64,000 bases of DNA from a virus. Numbering within the stretch: position 1 is the stretch's first letter; the number at the start of each line of letters is the position of its first letter. The DNA is taken from positions 23,548-87,547 of the IMG/VR virus record IMGVR_UViG_3300033146_001994; one strand, given 5' to 3'. The translations under genes and the position numbers were made by a program. The notes under the pieces were generated by a model. The model did not search any database and was not told where the DNA came from. It saw nothing but the letters and a program-made list of their open reading frames with translations. Shown piece by piece: positions 11,230 to 22,570 of the stretch.

Positions 11230-11931
11230 ATGGTTAATAGCTTATCTTCATTTATATATAGCAATCTTGACAGTTTACCTCCAATTATAAAATTAATGGT
11301 TTTTCCATTTCTATTTATACTATTTTTCATTTTAAAACTTATTAAAGCTAAAAAGAAAAATAAAGTCATATTCTCCCTAATAAAAAAGATTATAAATAGA
11401 ATAGTAAGACAGAATTTGGAATATCATAATGTATTTATAAGTTTAAATATAAATATAAGTAAAATATCAAATATAGATTTAAAAAACAAGAATAAAACTA
11501 AAGTGTTTAAAATATTATTAAACACGCAGTTAGCAGAAATAAAAAAACTTTTAATTGAAATTATGGGATTTAAGAACATTAAAAGTTTAAATTCAGAAAA
11601 TTTATATTTAAAAATATGTAAAGCAATGCTTGCGCATAACTCTGCTTTTAAAACACAAGTTAATGTTAAAATACATGCTAAATATCCCGACATTGATTCA
11701 AAAAAGCTAACATATTTAATAGCAGGTAATGCAAATAAAGAACTTACAATGAGTATGAATACTTTACTATTGTATGTGGAAAAGCTTGCAAACAGTACTA
11801 TATATGATGATAATTATGAAAGAATTACAGCCTTTTTTGATATGGTAGATACAATAATAACTGCTTTAATGTTGGATGCTGAAAATAATTTCACTAATTT
11901 TAATGGAAATTTTGATTCTTTTTTTAAATAA
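11230..11931 (+). CDS. Membrane-anchored hypothetical protein
   Basis: N-terminal hydrophobic helix (LMVFPFLFILFFIL) followed by a basic stretch. Confidence 0.5.
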   Translation: MVNSLSSFIYSNLDSLPPIIKLMVFPFLFILFFILKLIKAKKKNKVIFSLIKKIINRIVRQNLEYHNVFISLNINISKISNIDLKNKNKTKVFKILLNTQLAEIKKLLIEIMGFKNIKSLNSENLYLKICKAMLAHNSAFKTQVNVKIHAKYPDIDSKKLTYLIAGNANKELTMSMNTLLLYVEKLANSTIYDDNYERITAFFDMVDTIITALMLDAENNFTNFNGNFDSFFK

Positions 11932-11936
11932 AAGTT

Positions 11937-12206
11937 ATGAATTTTACAACATATATATATAATTACTATTATTTTCTTACAAAGAAATTAGATAGAATGG
12001 TGGTATCATTGCAAACAGGCAGTCTAAATAAAAAAGACTTACATGATTATATTATACATTCTAAGATATTACAAAAACTTGAATTGTTTATACCTGAAAC
12101 TTCAGAACCACAACAATTTGATGTTGATACCTACATAAATATTCAAACAGAATTAAATAAATACTTAGATATAAATTTACATTACTATGAGTTTACTTAC
12201 AGTTAA
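11937..12206 (+). CDS. Hypothetical protein
   Basis: 89-aa ORF in the operon. Confidence 0.45.
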   Translation: MNFTTYIYNYYYFLTKKLDRMVVSLQTGSLNKKDLHDYIIHSKILQKLELFIPETSEPQQFDVDTYINIQTELNKYLDINLHYYEFTYS

Positions 12207-12714
12207 TAATAATCAAGACTATTCAAAGTTTAAAGTTGGCTATAGTACAGATATACTTGGAGAGGTTGCTACATTAGTAATAACAATAACTACTACAGAA
12301 CAGGAATACAAAGACAATTCTCCAAAAATAGTAACTTCTGAAATTCCCTTAACTAGTGCCTTGTCTACAATAGATAACCCTGATGAAATTGTTATACCTG
12401 TTGAAGAATTGCCTGAAATCATTGATGGATTGTACTGTTTTACTGTATACATACGAGATGAAAATGATAGTATAATTGATACAATCACTGCGAAATACAT
12501 GATTATGTATAATGCAGAAGTAACTATAGGATTAGATTCAGTAAATTTGGCACAGAGTTTAGATATTGGCAATCCTAATTATTTGCAAAAAGCTTTAGAA
12601 ACTCTTTATCAAGAGGAATTATTAGTTGGAATACAACGAGGTAATGCTGTAGGACTTATTCCTGAAACATTGCGTATACTTGAATACATAAAATATATAC
12701 TTAAAAATAATTAA
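12187..12714 (+). CDS. Putative tail hub/fibre-docking protein
   Basis: 175 aa with IIDGLYCFTV; precedes the tail fibre genes. Confidence 0.4.
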   Translation: MSLLTVNNNQDYSKFKVGYSTDILGEVATLVITITTTEQEYKDNSPKIVTSEIPLTSALSTIDNPDEIVIPVEELPEIIDGLYCFTVYIRDENDSIIDTITAKYMIMYNAEVTIGLDSVNLAQSLDIGNPNYLQKALETLYQEELLVGIQRGNAVGLIPETLRILEYIKYILKNN

Positions 12715-12716
12715 TC

Positions 12717-15700
12717 ATGGATAAGGTAAATGATGGCTTTAAAGTAGGGAAAGAAGATATATATAATCCATTGAAAGGAGATTCTAGTGAGATTTCAGGT
12801 GTGTATGTAGTTAATATTGTAAAAGAGGATACAGAGTTAGTAGTTACATTTAGTAATGGTACTACAACTCATTTTGCTATAGGAGAAACTGGATTTTTAA
12901 ATGTTAAAAATGTTACATATAATGAACATGATAACAGATTAGCTATTGTATATTCAGATGATACTGAAACTATACTTCAGTTAAAAACATCCATTACAGG
13001 CTTAGCTGTAAATAATAAAAAGCTTTCTATAACCTACAGTGATGGTTCAACTAACACTTTAAATATAGATGATTTACTCTCCTTTTCAGGCGATAATGAT
13101 AGTATAGTTATTTTAAGGGATAATGTGTTAACAATATCTTCTTCTAAATTATCAGATTTTGTAAATAAAGAAGATGATAACGACTTTAATGGAGATAATA
13201 CTTTTAATGGTAATTCATACTTAAGTAATTTAAAGTTTTTAGCTGATGACCCACTAAGTAGCCCAATTCTCCACATATCTGACCTTACAGCAAAAGGTGA
13301 TTCAGATACATCTACACTAATGACAAAACATGCAATCTTAAAATTATTTGGCAGTTTTACAGGAGGAGGTATAAATATAACAGGCAATGCTAATAACATT
13401 CCTGTAATAAACACAGATGGCGATGGATTAGTTGATTCTTTAATCAGTAAAGATAATTTATTTCTATTAAATACTAAAGCCGATAGAGTTGTCACAGATG
13501 GTAATATACTATTTGATAATATAGATATTCAGATTAAAGAAAGTCTATCTGGTCAATTAGGAGCGTTACCAAAAGGTAATTTCTCATTATCAAACGGGAT
13601 AAAAGTTAAATATATTTTAGATAATATTTCAAATACTTCTTTTGATAAAGATAAATCTTTAGTTACTGCACAAGGAGTTGAAAATTCAATAGCACAAGCA
13701 CAGTTAAATAGCGTAACATTTACAAAAAGTGTAATTAGTGCATTACCTGATTATCCTACAGGTGAGCCTGCATCACCCTCTCAAGGAGATAGATACATAA
13801 TTAATATTGATGCCAACGAAACTTCAACATTAACAGGACAGACAATACCTAAAAATTCAATAATTGAATGGGAGGGTACAGGAACTGGATGGATTATTAC
13901 ACCTCCTGTCAATGCCCTATCCACATTAAATAGAGCAACTGGTACTTTTTGGAGAGTTGTCCAAGATTCAAATAATAGATTAGTCTGGGAAGACCCAAAT
14001 TCAGGAGGAATATCATCACATGATGATGCTACAGATGTTAGAGATTCTGATGGAGTATCTATGGCAACTCCATCACAAGCAAGACATCTTAATTCACAGG
14101 AAACTGATTTATTATTAAAAGGTGGAACAGTTTCTACTGAACATACTCATGCACCTGCAACTGCAACAAGACCAGGAAGTGTACCTGCATTACCTTTAGA
14201 CAGTTCTAAATTTCTTAACGGTGAGGGTGAATTTGTCTCTATGGCAGATATTAATAATGTAACTGACTTACAAGTAGAATTTGATACAGATACAACTTCT
14301 CCATTTAAGAAAGTCTCCCCATTGTCAAATGGAGTATCAGGATTTACAGTAGGAAATGTAACGACATTAAACTGTTCATGGATAGCAGACGTTACAACAC
14401 GTAATTGGGTAATTACAGATATAACTTTTCCAAAAGAAGAATATACTACAAAAATAACAATAACAAACAGCTATGGTGAGTATTTTCAATACATAGTAAG
14501 TACTAAAAATCCAGCACTTGGGGCAATTTCGTCTGTAATACTTTTAAATAAAGGTGTTGATGGTAAAAATTGTTCAATCAATGTTCAAGTCAGTACTGAT
14601 GGAAAAACACACTCAATAGAAAGCAATCCAGGAAACACACATAGGGCATTACATGAAGCATATGGAGACCCTAGATTTTATTGCCATATTGAATTAATTG
14701 GATACTCAGGTTATTCACTTGGGGATAAGATAACTATAATTCCTAGAGCAGATGTAGGAATAAACGACCACATAACTCCAAATGTTTCAAATATTTTAGA
14801 TGGAGCAGTTGGAGAAGCCAATTACGGATTAAATATTGGAGAAGCTGGAACAGGAATATATAAAGAGAAAACTAATTCAGTCTTAACCTTTAAAAAACTA
14901 AACTCGATATCTGAACATTTAACAATTAATGATTCAGAGGATGGGGAAATAGAATTTAACTTTGACCCTAAAACTGACTTTAGTAAAACTGACTTCATAA
15001 CTGCTGTTCAAGATGGTAATGATAAATATAAATTTAAAGCCGTAAATTTTAACAGACAATTAAGTCAGCATACAATTATCTATTTACATTTTCCTGACGA
15101 AATGGATGCTGATTTAGACAATGCTAACATTTTACTAAGTATTGATGAGGGAGAACACTATGTTCCTATTATGGATAGTGCAGGAGAAACAATTAAACTT
15201 GTTAACGCATTTAAAAGGGGTCTTAAAATAGCCTTAATGTATGAGGAGGATTCAGATACAGAAGCAGAGGGTTGGTATCCATTATTTTCAGATTTAGATT
15301 TTATCAGATTAGCAGGTGAGGGTTGGAACGGAGAAACTATCCTAGATAATTACTCAAAAAATCAAGTTCAAGATGATACTATAACAAATATATTATCTGC
15401 ATTAGCGTCAGGTGGAGAGATTGTTTCAGAAATAGTTGCTATTAATGGGGTTATTACTGCTCCTGTAGAGAAGACTAAAATTGACTTTGAGGTTGATATT
15501 CCATCAAACAACACAAGCTATTTAGATGTAGATGCAAGTAATGATATTTTATTAGAAAGTGAAAATCCCGCAGGATATCAAATAATTGGAAATTTTACAG
15601 TAAAAGGAACTCAACTTGATTCATCTGTATCAAGTAAGGTAAGATTTAAGTTATATAATGGAGATGACCCAATAGATACGTTCAATATCGTTGTTTTAAA

Positions 15701-16211
15701 AGGTGAAGTAAAAAGTGTTTCTAAAAGTTTCTTTCACACTGTAGCTGTAGGAAATGCTCCTGAAACATTAACAGTTACAGCAGAGGTGCTTAGGCACAGT
15801 ATTGAAATAGAAGAAGCAAGCCTACAAGCAATAACGAGATTTACTATTGGAGGAAGTAGTGTTGATGGCATTATCACACGTAACTATATTCATCCTGTTG
15901 TTGATACTGGTAATTTAGAATTAGATTTTGCAGGTAGAAATGAAGTGTACGCAACTAAAGATGGTGGAGGTGCTATTGTTATCAATGAAGATGTTGAAAT
16001 AGCTTACACTAATTATCCAAAGTTTGATACTGCTTATATAGTAATTGAAGTACAGACTGAAACAAGAACAATTACATTTCCTGAAAATCATAAGTCTGGT
16101 GACTTTAGATGGGAGAATTTAGTTTTAACTTTAGATGTAGGATTTTATCAGTTAACAATAAGTAATAATGGTGCATATTACAGTGTATTATGCTCACAAC
16201 CTGAATTATAA
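12717..16211 (+). CDS. Tail fibre/spike protein
   Basis: 1164 aa. Repeated N-terminal LxVTYSDG units, a PSQGDRYII..IIEW (DUF2793-like) segment and a mosaic of beta domains. Confidence 0.6.
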   Translation: MDKVNDGFKVGKEDIYNPLKGDSSEISGVYVVNIVKEDTELVVTFSNGTTTHFAIGETGFLNVKNVTYNEHDNRLAIVYSDDTETILQLKTSITGLAVNNKKLSITYSDGSTNTLNIDDLLSFSGDNDSIVILRDNVLTISSSKLSDFVNKEDDNDFNGDNTFNGNSYLSNLKFLADDPLSSPILHISDLTAKGDSDTSTLMTKHAILKLFGSFTGGGINITGNANNIPVINTDGDGLVDSLISKDNLFLLNTKADRVVTDGNILFDNIDIQIKESLSGQLGALPKGNFSLSNGIKVKYILDNISNTSFDKDKSLVTAQGVENSIAQAQLNSVTFTKSVISALPDYPTGEPASPSQGDRYIINIDANETSTLTGQTIPKNSIIEWEGTGTGWIITPPVNALSTLNRATGTFWRVVQDSNNRLVWEDPNSGGISSHDDATDVRDSDGVSMATPSQARHLNSQETDLLLKGGTVSTEHTHAPATATRPGSVPALPLDSSKFLNGEGEFVSMADINNVTDLQVEFDTDTTSPFKKVSPLSNGVSGFTVGNVTTLNCSWIADVTTRNWVITDITFPKEEYTTKITITNSYGEYFQYIVSTKNPALGAISSVILLNKGVDGKNCSINVQVSTDGKTHSIESNPGNTHRALHEAYGDPRFYCHIELIGYSGYSLGDKITIIPRADVGINDHITPNVSNILDGAVGEANYGLNIGEAGTGIYKEKTNSVLTFKKLNSISEHLTINDSEDGEIEFNFDPKTDFSKTDFITAVQDGNDKYKFKAVNFNRQLSQHTIIYLHFPDEMDADLDNANILLSIDEGEHYVPIMDSAGETIKLVNAFKRGLKIALMYEEDSDTEAEGWYPLFSDLDFIRLAGEGWNGETILDNYSKNQVQDDTITNILSALASGGEIVSEIVAINGVITAPVEKTKIDFEVDIPSNNTSYLDVDASNDILLESENPAGYQIIGNFTVKGTQLDSSVSSKVRFKLYNGDDPIDTFNIVVLKGEVKSVSKSFFHTVAVGNAPETLTVTAEVLRHSIEIEEASLQAITRFTIGGSSVDGIITRNYIHPVVDTGNLELDFAGRNEVYATKDGGGAIVINEDVEIAYTNYPKFDTAYIVIEVQTETRTITFPENHKSGDFRWENLVLTLDVGFYQLTISNNGAYYSVLCSQPEL

Positions 16212-18670
16212 TGAGTTTATTACAAATCAATGCAATGTTAATGGGGAATCAGTATAGATACCCTGCAAATGCTCTGTATACAAAAGAACAAGTTGATACT
16301 CTTATTCTTACAAATAGTTATATACCTATTGCAAATAGTTCTGAATTAGTTAACTTGGTACAGTCTGCTTCTCAAACTATGGGAAAAGGTACACCTTGGC
16401 AAGGTAATTATACAACTGGATTAGATAAGAAATATATAGTTGTTACTAATTTCACTATTGCATCGAATATTACTAACACTCTTGATAATTTTGCAGGTAT
16501 TTTTGATGGAAATCAATTAAAATTAACTTATAACTATGGCAATTTATTTGGTACTCCCGATGCTTTAGCTAAGTACTATAATCTTAATGTGTATGGAAAT
16601 GTTACATCAAATGGCTATTTAGGAGGGATTTGGTATACTTTTTCAGCATATGCTGAGAATTGTACATTTACAGGAAGCATATTAAATGGTCAAGGAAGTC
16701 TTGCAAGATTAGGAGGATTGGCAGTAACTACTTCATCTTCAACAATATTGAAAAACTGTTCAACCAATGTTAATATAACATCTACAATTAATGACAGCAA
16801 TGGAGGTTTAGGAGGTTTAGTTGCTTTAGGAAATGGTGGCACATTTGAAAATTGTCACTCTAGTGGAATATACAATGGATTTTCAAATACAGGTGGATTA
16901 ATTGGAAGTATAAGTTCAGGAGATTTAATTTTGAATAACTGTTCAAGTGATGCTGTTATAACAGGAACAATAAATACAGGTGGTTTAATTGGTTTTTTTA
17001 ATCGTAATACAAATTCATTTTCAACTATTGGAATTAATGAGTTTACAGGAAGTGTAGACGGAGAAAGTAATTTAGGCGGGATAATTGGAGGATTTGAAGG
17101 AATTTCCGCAAATGATATTAATGTATCAAAATTACATTCAACAGGAAATATAACTGGAACTGGAAATTATATTGGTGGGTTATTTGGAATGTCATTTTTA
17201 TCTACAAAAGAAATTAATATAAGTGATTCTTATTGTAGTGGGGATGTACAAGGGAATGATTATGTAGGTGGTCTTGGTGGACGTATTGGAGTGACAACAA
17301 TTAAAGATTGTTATTCCACTGGTGCGGTTAGTGGAAATACTAATGTGGGAGGGTTGATTGGGGGTAATATTTCAACAATTATTATTAATTCATATTGGGA
17401 TACAGAAACAAGTGGACAAGCAACAAGTGATGGAGGAACAGGTAAAACAACAGCAGAGATGCAACAAGGGTCAATTCCTGACACAAACATCTATGTTGAT
17501 TGGGATAGTTTAATTTGGGGTTCAGGTTCAACAAGTGAATATCCAATATTGAAAACTGTAACTGCAAGTAATAAGTATCTTGCAACAGAAATAGTTAATG
17601 ATGAACTTGTAGACCAATATGGCAATATCAATATACCAATAGTATCAGGATTAGTTACTGATGGTACTGCAATATTAGACTTAGCAGGATTTGGTACAAC
17701 TTATGACAAGTCTTATTATATAGGTAATTCAGAGGGTAAAGATGAGAATTGGGATTATCCATTTATCTATTTTGATACTAACAACCCTACTCATTGGAAA
17801 ATTGAAGAGCTTAATTATCGAATGATTGAAGAACAGTATATTGCAGGAGATGGGAATTTGAAAAAACTCTATGCAAAGTTATTATATAGCGGAGGAACAT
17901 TACAAGGATTAGAAGAGTTGTATATGTATAATACTTCTGTTCAAGATGAAACTGCAATATTATCTGTAATTGGAACGTCTGGACAAACAATTAAATTCAA
18001 TGGTATTAATCAATACGCTCATGTATTAGATAATGGAGCATTAGATATTGTTGAAGCTTCGTCAGTCTTTTACTACGGTGGATGGGTAAATATTCCTGAA
18101 AGTAGTAGTGGAAATCATACATGTATTGCTAAAACAGATGGCTCTGATGTAATGACTGCAGGAAATTACTCTACCTATTTAGGTGGAGATGTTCTATATT
18201 CATTTACAATGCCTGCTAATCACTACTCACAGTGTAAATTTGGATATATTCCTACAATATCAGGTTGGCATCATTTGGCAACAAAGATAGATATTACCAA
18301 TGCTAAATTATGGGTATATTTAGATGGAGTTAAGGGTGAGGGTAATACTTTAGACGGAGGATTTTCTAATATATCTAATATATACCCATTCATACTAGGA
18401 GGTTCAACTAATTCAGACGGAAGTGGAGCTATCAACTTTGCTGAAATTGAGATGAAAGATATTAGAATATATCGCAAAGACGTTACAGCAAACTTAACTG
18501 ATTGGATGAATGGAGATATACTTAACGATGAAATTGCAATGTGGAAATGTGATGAATTGGTAAGTGGGGAACTGCCTGATAATGCAGGAGGATTTAATTT
18601 AACACTTGAAAATAACCCACAAATACAACAATATTATACAGGTGAGATATTATGTGGAAAAGAAGTTTAA
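16211..18670 (+). CDS. Receptor-binding/tail protein with GLUG-like repeats and C-terminal LamG-like domain
   Basis: Many G..xxGGLxG repeats and YWDTETSGQ..S.GGTGKTTAEM. C-terminal GWHHLA..VYLDG..MKDIRIY is LamG/concanavalin-like. Confidence 0.65.
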   Translation: MSLLQINAMLMGNQYRYPANALYTKEQVDTLILTNSYIPIANSSELVNLVQSASQTMGKGTPWQGNYTTGLDKKYIVVTNFTIASNITNTLDNFAGIFDGNQLKLTYNYGNLFGTPDALAKYYNLNVYGNVTSNGYLGGIWYTFSAYAENCTFTGSILNGQGSLARLGGLAVTTSSSTILKNCSTNVNITSTINDSNGGLGGLVALGNGGTFENCHSSGIYNGFSNTGGLIGSISSGDLILNNCSSDAVITGTINTGGLIGFFNRNTNSFSTIGINEFTGSVDGESNLGGIIGGFEGISANDINVSKLHSTGNITGTGNYIGGLFGMSFLSTKEINISDSYCSGDVQGNDYVGGLGGRIGVTTIKDCYSTGAVSGNTNVGGLIGGNISTIIINSYWDTETSGQATSDGGTGKTTAEMQQGSIPDTNIYVDWDSLIWGSGSTSEYPILKTVTASNKYLATEIVNDELVDQYGNINIPIVSGLVTDGTAILDLAGFGTTYDKSYYIGNSEGKDENWDYPFIYFDTNNPTHWKIEELNYRMIEEQYIAGDGNLKKLYAKLLYSGGTLQGLEELYMYNTSVQDETAILSVIGTSGQTIKFNGINQYAHVLDNGALDIVEASSVFYYGGWVNIPESSSGNHTCIAKTDGSDVMTAGNYSTYLGGDVLYSFTMPANHYSQCKFGYIPTISGWHHLATKIDITNAKLWVYLDGVKGEGNTLDGGFSNISNIYPFILGGSTNSDGSGAINFAEIEMKDIRIYRKDVTANLTDWMNGDILNDEIAMWKCDELVSGELPDNAGGFNLTLENNPQIQQYYTGEILCGKEV

Positions 18671-18682
18671 AAATAATTAATA

Positions 18683-19093
18683 ATGAGAAGTAAAAGCAAA
18701 ATAATAACATTCAATTATTCAGAATTACCACAAAAAGCAATTAACATCTTGGCTAATAGTACGGATGAAGCGAATAAACATTATGATTTTGAATTGGATG
18801 GAAAAACAAATCAATGGAAGTTATACTTACACTATGATAATTCTTATAAAGAATTTGCAAAAGATTTATTAATGTATGCTCAATATATAACTAACTTTCA
18901 AAATACAGTCAAAGGTTCAGACTATCTTGATATGTATATTAAGGTTGAAAATGAGCCTGTAACTAATGCTGACATAACCTCTATCAAAGGTCATTATAAA
19001 AATATTAAGTTTTCAGAGATAACAGCAGGAACATATGACTTTTCAAATCTATTAACTGAAAAAGACGTAAATAATCTATTATGGCAAAACTAA
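18683..19093 (+). CDS. Hypothetical protein
   Basis: 136-aa ORF between the tail fibre and the amidase. Confidence 0.5.
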   Translation: MRSKSKIITFNYSELPQKAINILANSTDEANKHYDFELDGKTNQWKLYLHYDNSYKEFAKDLLMYAQYITNFQNTVKGSDYLDMYIKVENEPVTNADITSIKGHYKNIKFSEITAGTYDFSNLLTEKDVNNLLWQN

Positions 19094-19668
19094 AGTATTT
19101 AATAATCCATTGTACAGATACTCCTCCTACAATGGAAGTATCAGAAGATGACATTGACTTATGGCACAAAGGAGCTAAGTATGACCCTATAACAAAACTG
19201 TATAGGTTTATGGGACATAACTATACTAAAGATAAACTAGCTTATAAATATTTAAAATTGTCTAGTGGCAAGATAGTTAATGCACTTCAAACAAATGGAA
19301 GAGGCTGGTCTGTTCAAGGTTATGCTAAGATGTATAAAAGAGATGGCAGTACATTTACTTGGGTAAAAGATGATGGCAACCAGTGGATTAAAGATAATGA
19401 AATAACAAACGGAGCTAGAGGTATAAACAAATACTCTAGTCATAAAGTATTAGTTGGAGGAAAAGATTGCAAATTTACAGATGCGTTCTTGAAAAATTAT
19501 ACCACAGCTCAATTTGTTCAATTAGAATCTGATATAAAAGAATATATTGCTAAACATCCACAGATTAAGATAGGAGGGCATTATCAATTTTCAGCAAAAC
19601 AATGTCCGGGATTTAATGTTAGAGATTATTTGAAAATTATAGGAACACCTTTAAAAAATATATTATGA
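19081..19668 (+). CDS. Endolysin, N-acetylmuramoyl-L-alanine amidase (T7 lysozyme-like Amidase_2)
   Basis: Zn-ligand motifs LIIHCTDT, GRGWS and GGHYQFSAKQCPGF. Confidence 0.85.
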   Translation: MAKLKYLIIHCTDTPPTMEVSEDDIDLWHKGAKYDPITKLYRFMGHNYTKDKLAYKYLKLSSGKIVNALQTNGRGWSVQGYAKMYKRDGSTFTWVKDDGNQWIKDNEITNGARGINKYSSHKVLVGGKDCKFTDAFLKNYTTAQFVQLESDIKEYIAKHPQIKIGGHYQFSAKQCPGFNVRDYLKIIGTPLKNIL

Positions 19669-19883
19669 AAAAATGGTTATATTTATTATTCAGCTCTCAT
19701 TCAGTTGTGAGTTCTAAAAGAGTAAGTGGAATGATTTTACTTTTAAGTAGTATTCTATTACTTTTTATAAATAGTGATTTTACAGACAATAAACTTTCTA
19801 TTATTAAACTTGTAGTAGTTATTGGTGGTATATTAGTAAGTGGAGGTTCAATTGAAACAGTTTTAACCAAATTTAAAAAATAG
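19665..19883 (+). CDS. Putative holin
   Basis: 72 aa, two hydrophobic helices after SSKRV, basic C-terminus; overlaps the amidase stop. Confidence 0.55.
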   Translation: MKKWLYLLFSSHSVVSSKRVSGMILLLSSILLLFINSDFTDNKLSIIKLVVVIGGILVSGGSIETVLTKFKK

Positions 19884-19888
19884 AAATT

Positions 19889-20134
19889 ATGGATGGCAAA
19901 AGATGGTCTAAAGAGGTAACTACAGACAAAGGTTCAAAAAGAATAAGTGTTGAACAGGTAGAAAATGGGTTTATTATAACTAAATCAATAGACACCTATG
20001 GTGATTCCACCATACCTAGTAAATATGAAACTAAAAAGTACATCTCAAAAGAGAATCCAATTAAAAATTATAAAGGATTTGAGGAACTTAATGATGAGGT
20101 ACATCCTACAAAACTATATGAGGGAATAGAATGA
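19889..20134 (+). CDS. Hypothetical protein
   Basis: 81-aa ORF (VEQVENGFII). Confidence 0.5.
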   Translation: MDGKRWSKEVTTDKGSKRISVEQVENGFIITKSIDTYGDSTIPSKYETKKYISKENPIKNYKGFEELNDEVHPTKLYEGIE

Positions 20135-20691
20135 ACTTGATAAAAGCACTAGTACTTAGTATTGTTGTAGCAATAGTAACATTCTATATAGGGAAAACCT
20201 TTATATATCCACAACAATTACCTACAAAAGTAATTGCGTATGATACTATAACTAAGGATACAGGGAAGACAAAGTTTTATCCTGAATATATAGATACAAC
20301 TATTTATTCTACTATACTTCTACATGATACAGTACATACTAAAATAGATACATATGCTATTCTAGTAGATTATTTTGCTAAGAAGTTTTATGTAGATACT
20401 ACAATAGTAGACAGCCTGCTTACAGTAATAATAGAAGATTCTATTACTAAAAATAGTATTGTATATAGGCACATTAAAACTAGGTATATAAATAAAACTA
20501 CAACTATTTATCCTACCACACAATTAAAAGGTTTGTTTATAGGGGGAAACTTGTGGTTTAATACTATTGGATTAAATGCTAGTTATATTAATAATAATAA
20601 TTGTTTTGATTTATCTTTTAATTTAAGTAATTTTAACAATAATATAATTTATTATCCGACAATAGGATTTAAAAGAAAATTACAATGGTAA
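20131..20691 (+). CDS. Putative spanin-like membrane protein
   Basis: N-terminal TM helix, DT-rich repeats and C-terminal amphipathic beta strands, within the lysis cluster. Confidence 0.4.
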   Translation: MNLIKALVLSIVVAIVTFYIGKTFIYPQQLPTKVIAYDTITKDTGKTKFYPEYIDTTIYSTILLHDTVHTKIDTYAILVDYFAKKFYVDTTIVDSLLTVIIEDSITKNSIVYRHIKTRYINKTTTIYPTTQLKGLFIGGNLWFNTIGLNASYINNNNCFDLSFNLSNFNNNIIYYPTIGFKRKLQW

Positions 20692-21368
20692 AAACATTAG
20701 ATGTAATAGCATACTCAGTAATTGATACTATAAGACCTATATTAAAAACTACAGATTTTATAGATATTAGAGATGTTAAAAACTGGATAAAAAACTATAG
20801 GAATTTCTTTGCAAAACAGCAGGCTGATAAAAATAGCCCTTTCATTCCTGCACAGTTTTTACAAATGGAAAAATTAAACATGGAAATTTTAGATAAAATT
20901 CCTAAATATCCAAACTTGACTATTACAAAATCAACAAATTTGCCAAATATTCTTACTGGTAAAAGTGGCAATTATCTTGTAGAAGCTATATCATATAATG
21001 ACTCTATTATAGACAGTTTAGCACAAGTGGATAATATCAAAGCTCTAATTAGTTACGTCAATTCGGATAGATTTGATGATGATTGTACATACTGTGCTAT
21101 TATTAATAAACAGTTAGTTATTGCAGGAAAACATAGTATATACAGTGATAGCCTGAAACAATTATATATAAATGCTATATTTGAAAACCCTGAGAATATT
21201 TCCATGTTCAATATTGATACAGAACAATATCCTGTATCTTCTAGTCTTATCAGCACTATTGAAACCTTTATATTAAAAGAAAAGTATGGTATTAACTTAG
21301 CTAATTATTCAGACAATACCAATGATGAGGTGCATAATCTAAATTCAGATACTGATGCTAAGAGGTAA
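20685..21368 (+). CDS. Putative tail ring/adaptor protein
   Basis: AIFENPE and YPVSSSLI motifs; crAss-like position before the IHF-like gene. Confidence 0.55.
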   Translation: MVKTLDVIAYSVIDTIRPILKTTDFIDIRDVKNWIKNYRNFFAKQQADKNSPFIPAQFLQMEKLNMEILDKIPKYPNLTITKSTNLPNILTGKSGNYLVEAISYNDSIIDSLAQVDNIKALISYVNSDRFDDDCTYCAIINKQLVIAGKHSIYSDSLKQLYINAIFENPENISMFNIDTEQYPVSSSLISTIETFILKEKYGINLANYSDNTNDEVHNLNSDTDAKR

Positions 21369-21873
21369 AAGAAAATATATTTCAGATTATACAACTGCTG
21401 ATATTTACAGGGATTATAGAAATATCTATAAAGGAACTCTTTCTAAAAAAGAGTTTTCACATTACTATAAAGTAATTATAGATTTTATTTTAGAAAAGGT
21501 TCTAAATGATTCAGAAGAATATATATTTCCATTCAGACTTGGAACATTTAGAATCAAACGTACAAAGTATGTATTAAAAACTGACGAGAATAATAAAGTT
21601 ATTACAAACGGTTTAAAGATAGATTTTAAATCTAGTTGGAACTTATGGCACAGACAATATCCAAATCTTACAGATAAAGAGATTATTAATATAAAAGGAA
21701 AGAAAAATATATATTTTTTAAATGAACACTCAAATGGATATTATAATAAATTCTATTGGGATAAAAGGACTTGTGTAGGTAAGAATCAATCTGTATTTAA
21801 ACTATATATTAATAGAGATAGAAAAAGAGATTTAGCTTTTTTAAGTAAACAAAATAAGATTTATTATGAATAA
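21355..21873 (+). CDS. IHF/HU-like DNA-binding protein (crAss-like)
   Basis: Basic protein with YIFPFRLGTFRIKRTK and IYFLNEHSNGY; conserved position before the tail tubular gene. Confidence 0.65.
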   Translation: MLRGKRKYISDYTTADIYRDYRNIYKGTLSKKEFSHYYKVIIDFILEKVLNDSEEYIFPFRLGTFRIKRTKYVLKTDENNKVITNGLKIDFKSSWNLWHRQYPNLTDKEIINIKGKKNIYFLNEHSNGYYNKFYWDKRTCVGKNQSVFKLYINRDRKRDLAFLSKQNKIYYE

Positions 21874-22570
21874 TGGTAGATATGTAGATAAGGATACTAT
21901 AATTAAAAGAGTATCGCAATATTATGGACTAGATGCATCAGGTAAAGATATAAATGATTTTATTTATGATGGGCTTAGAGGTGTTGGTAAAAGAGCAATG
22001 TTTGATTTAATCGCTACTACAGGAGAGAATGGTATGCCACAGCCTATAGATGTTTCTGAATATAGAGGTATATTACCTACTAACATTGAAGCTCCTTTAT
22101 TTGCACTAGACTATGATACAAATGAACCTTTAAGATGTATAAATAGTGTATTCAATGAGACACATATGTTACATACTGCTGCATCTAAAACATACTCATT
22201 AAAAAGAAATTTTATATTCACTAGTGAAAAAACACAGAAAATAGTATTAGTATATTTAGGATTTCCTTTAAACTCTATTGGAGAGCCATTGATTCCTGAT
22301 GATGAAAACTATCTAAAAGCTATTACAGCTTATGTAGCTATGAGCATTGCTAGACCTCTAGTTATAAGAGGAAAATTAAACCACCAAATATTCTCTATGA
22401 TTGAACAGGACTATTTTGCATATGCTAATAGTACTGATGTAATGGAGATGCCAAATGAGGATGAAATGGAGCAGTTGAAAAATAACTTATTAACACTATT
22501 ACCTGATTATAATAAGTACTCACATAACTTTTCTGATTTAGGGTTACCTACTAATATAAAATACACATAA
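21866..22570 (+). CDS. Tail tubular (ring/adaptor) protein
   Basis: GEPLIPDDENYLKAITAYV motif; synteny. Confidence 0.65.
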   Translation: MNNGRYVDKDTIIKRVSQYYGLDASGKDINDFIYDGLRGVGKRAMFDLIATTGENGMPQPIDVSEYRGILPTNIEAPLFALDYDTNEPLRCINSVFNETHMLHTAASKTYSLKRNFIFTSEKTQKIVLVYLGFPLNSIGEPLIPDDENYLKAITAYVAMSIARPLVIRGKLNHQIFSMIEQDYFAYANSTDVMEMPNEDEMEQLKNNLLTLLPDYNKYSHNFSDLGLPTNIKYT

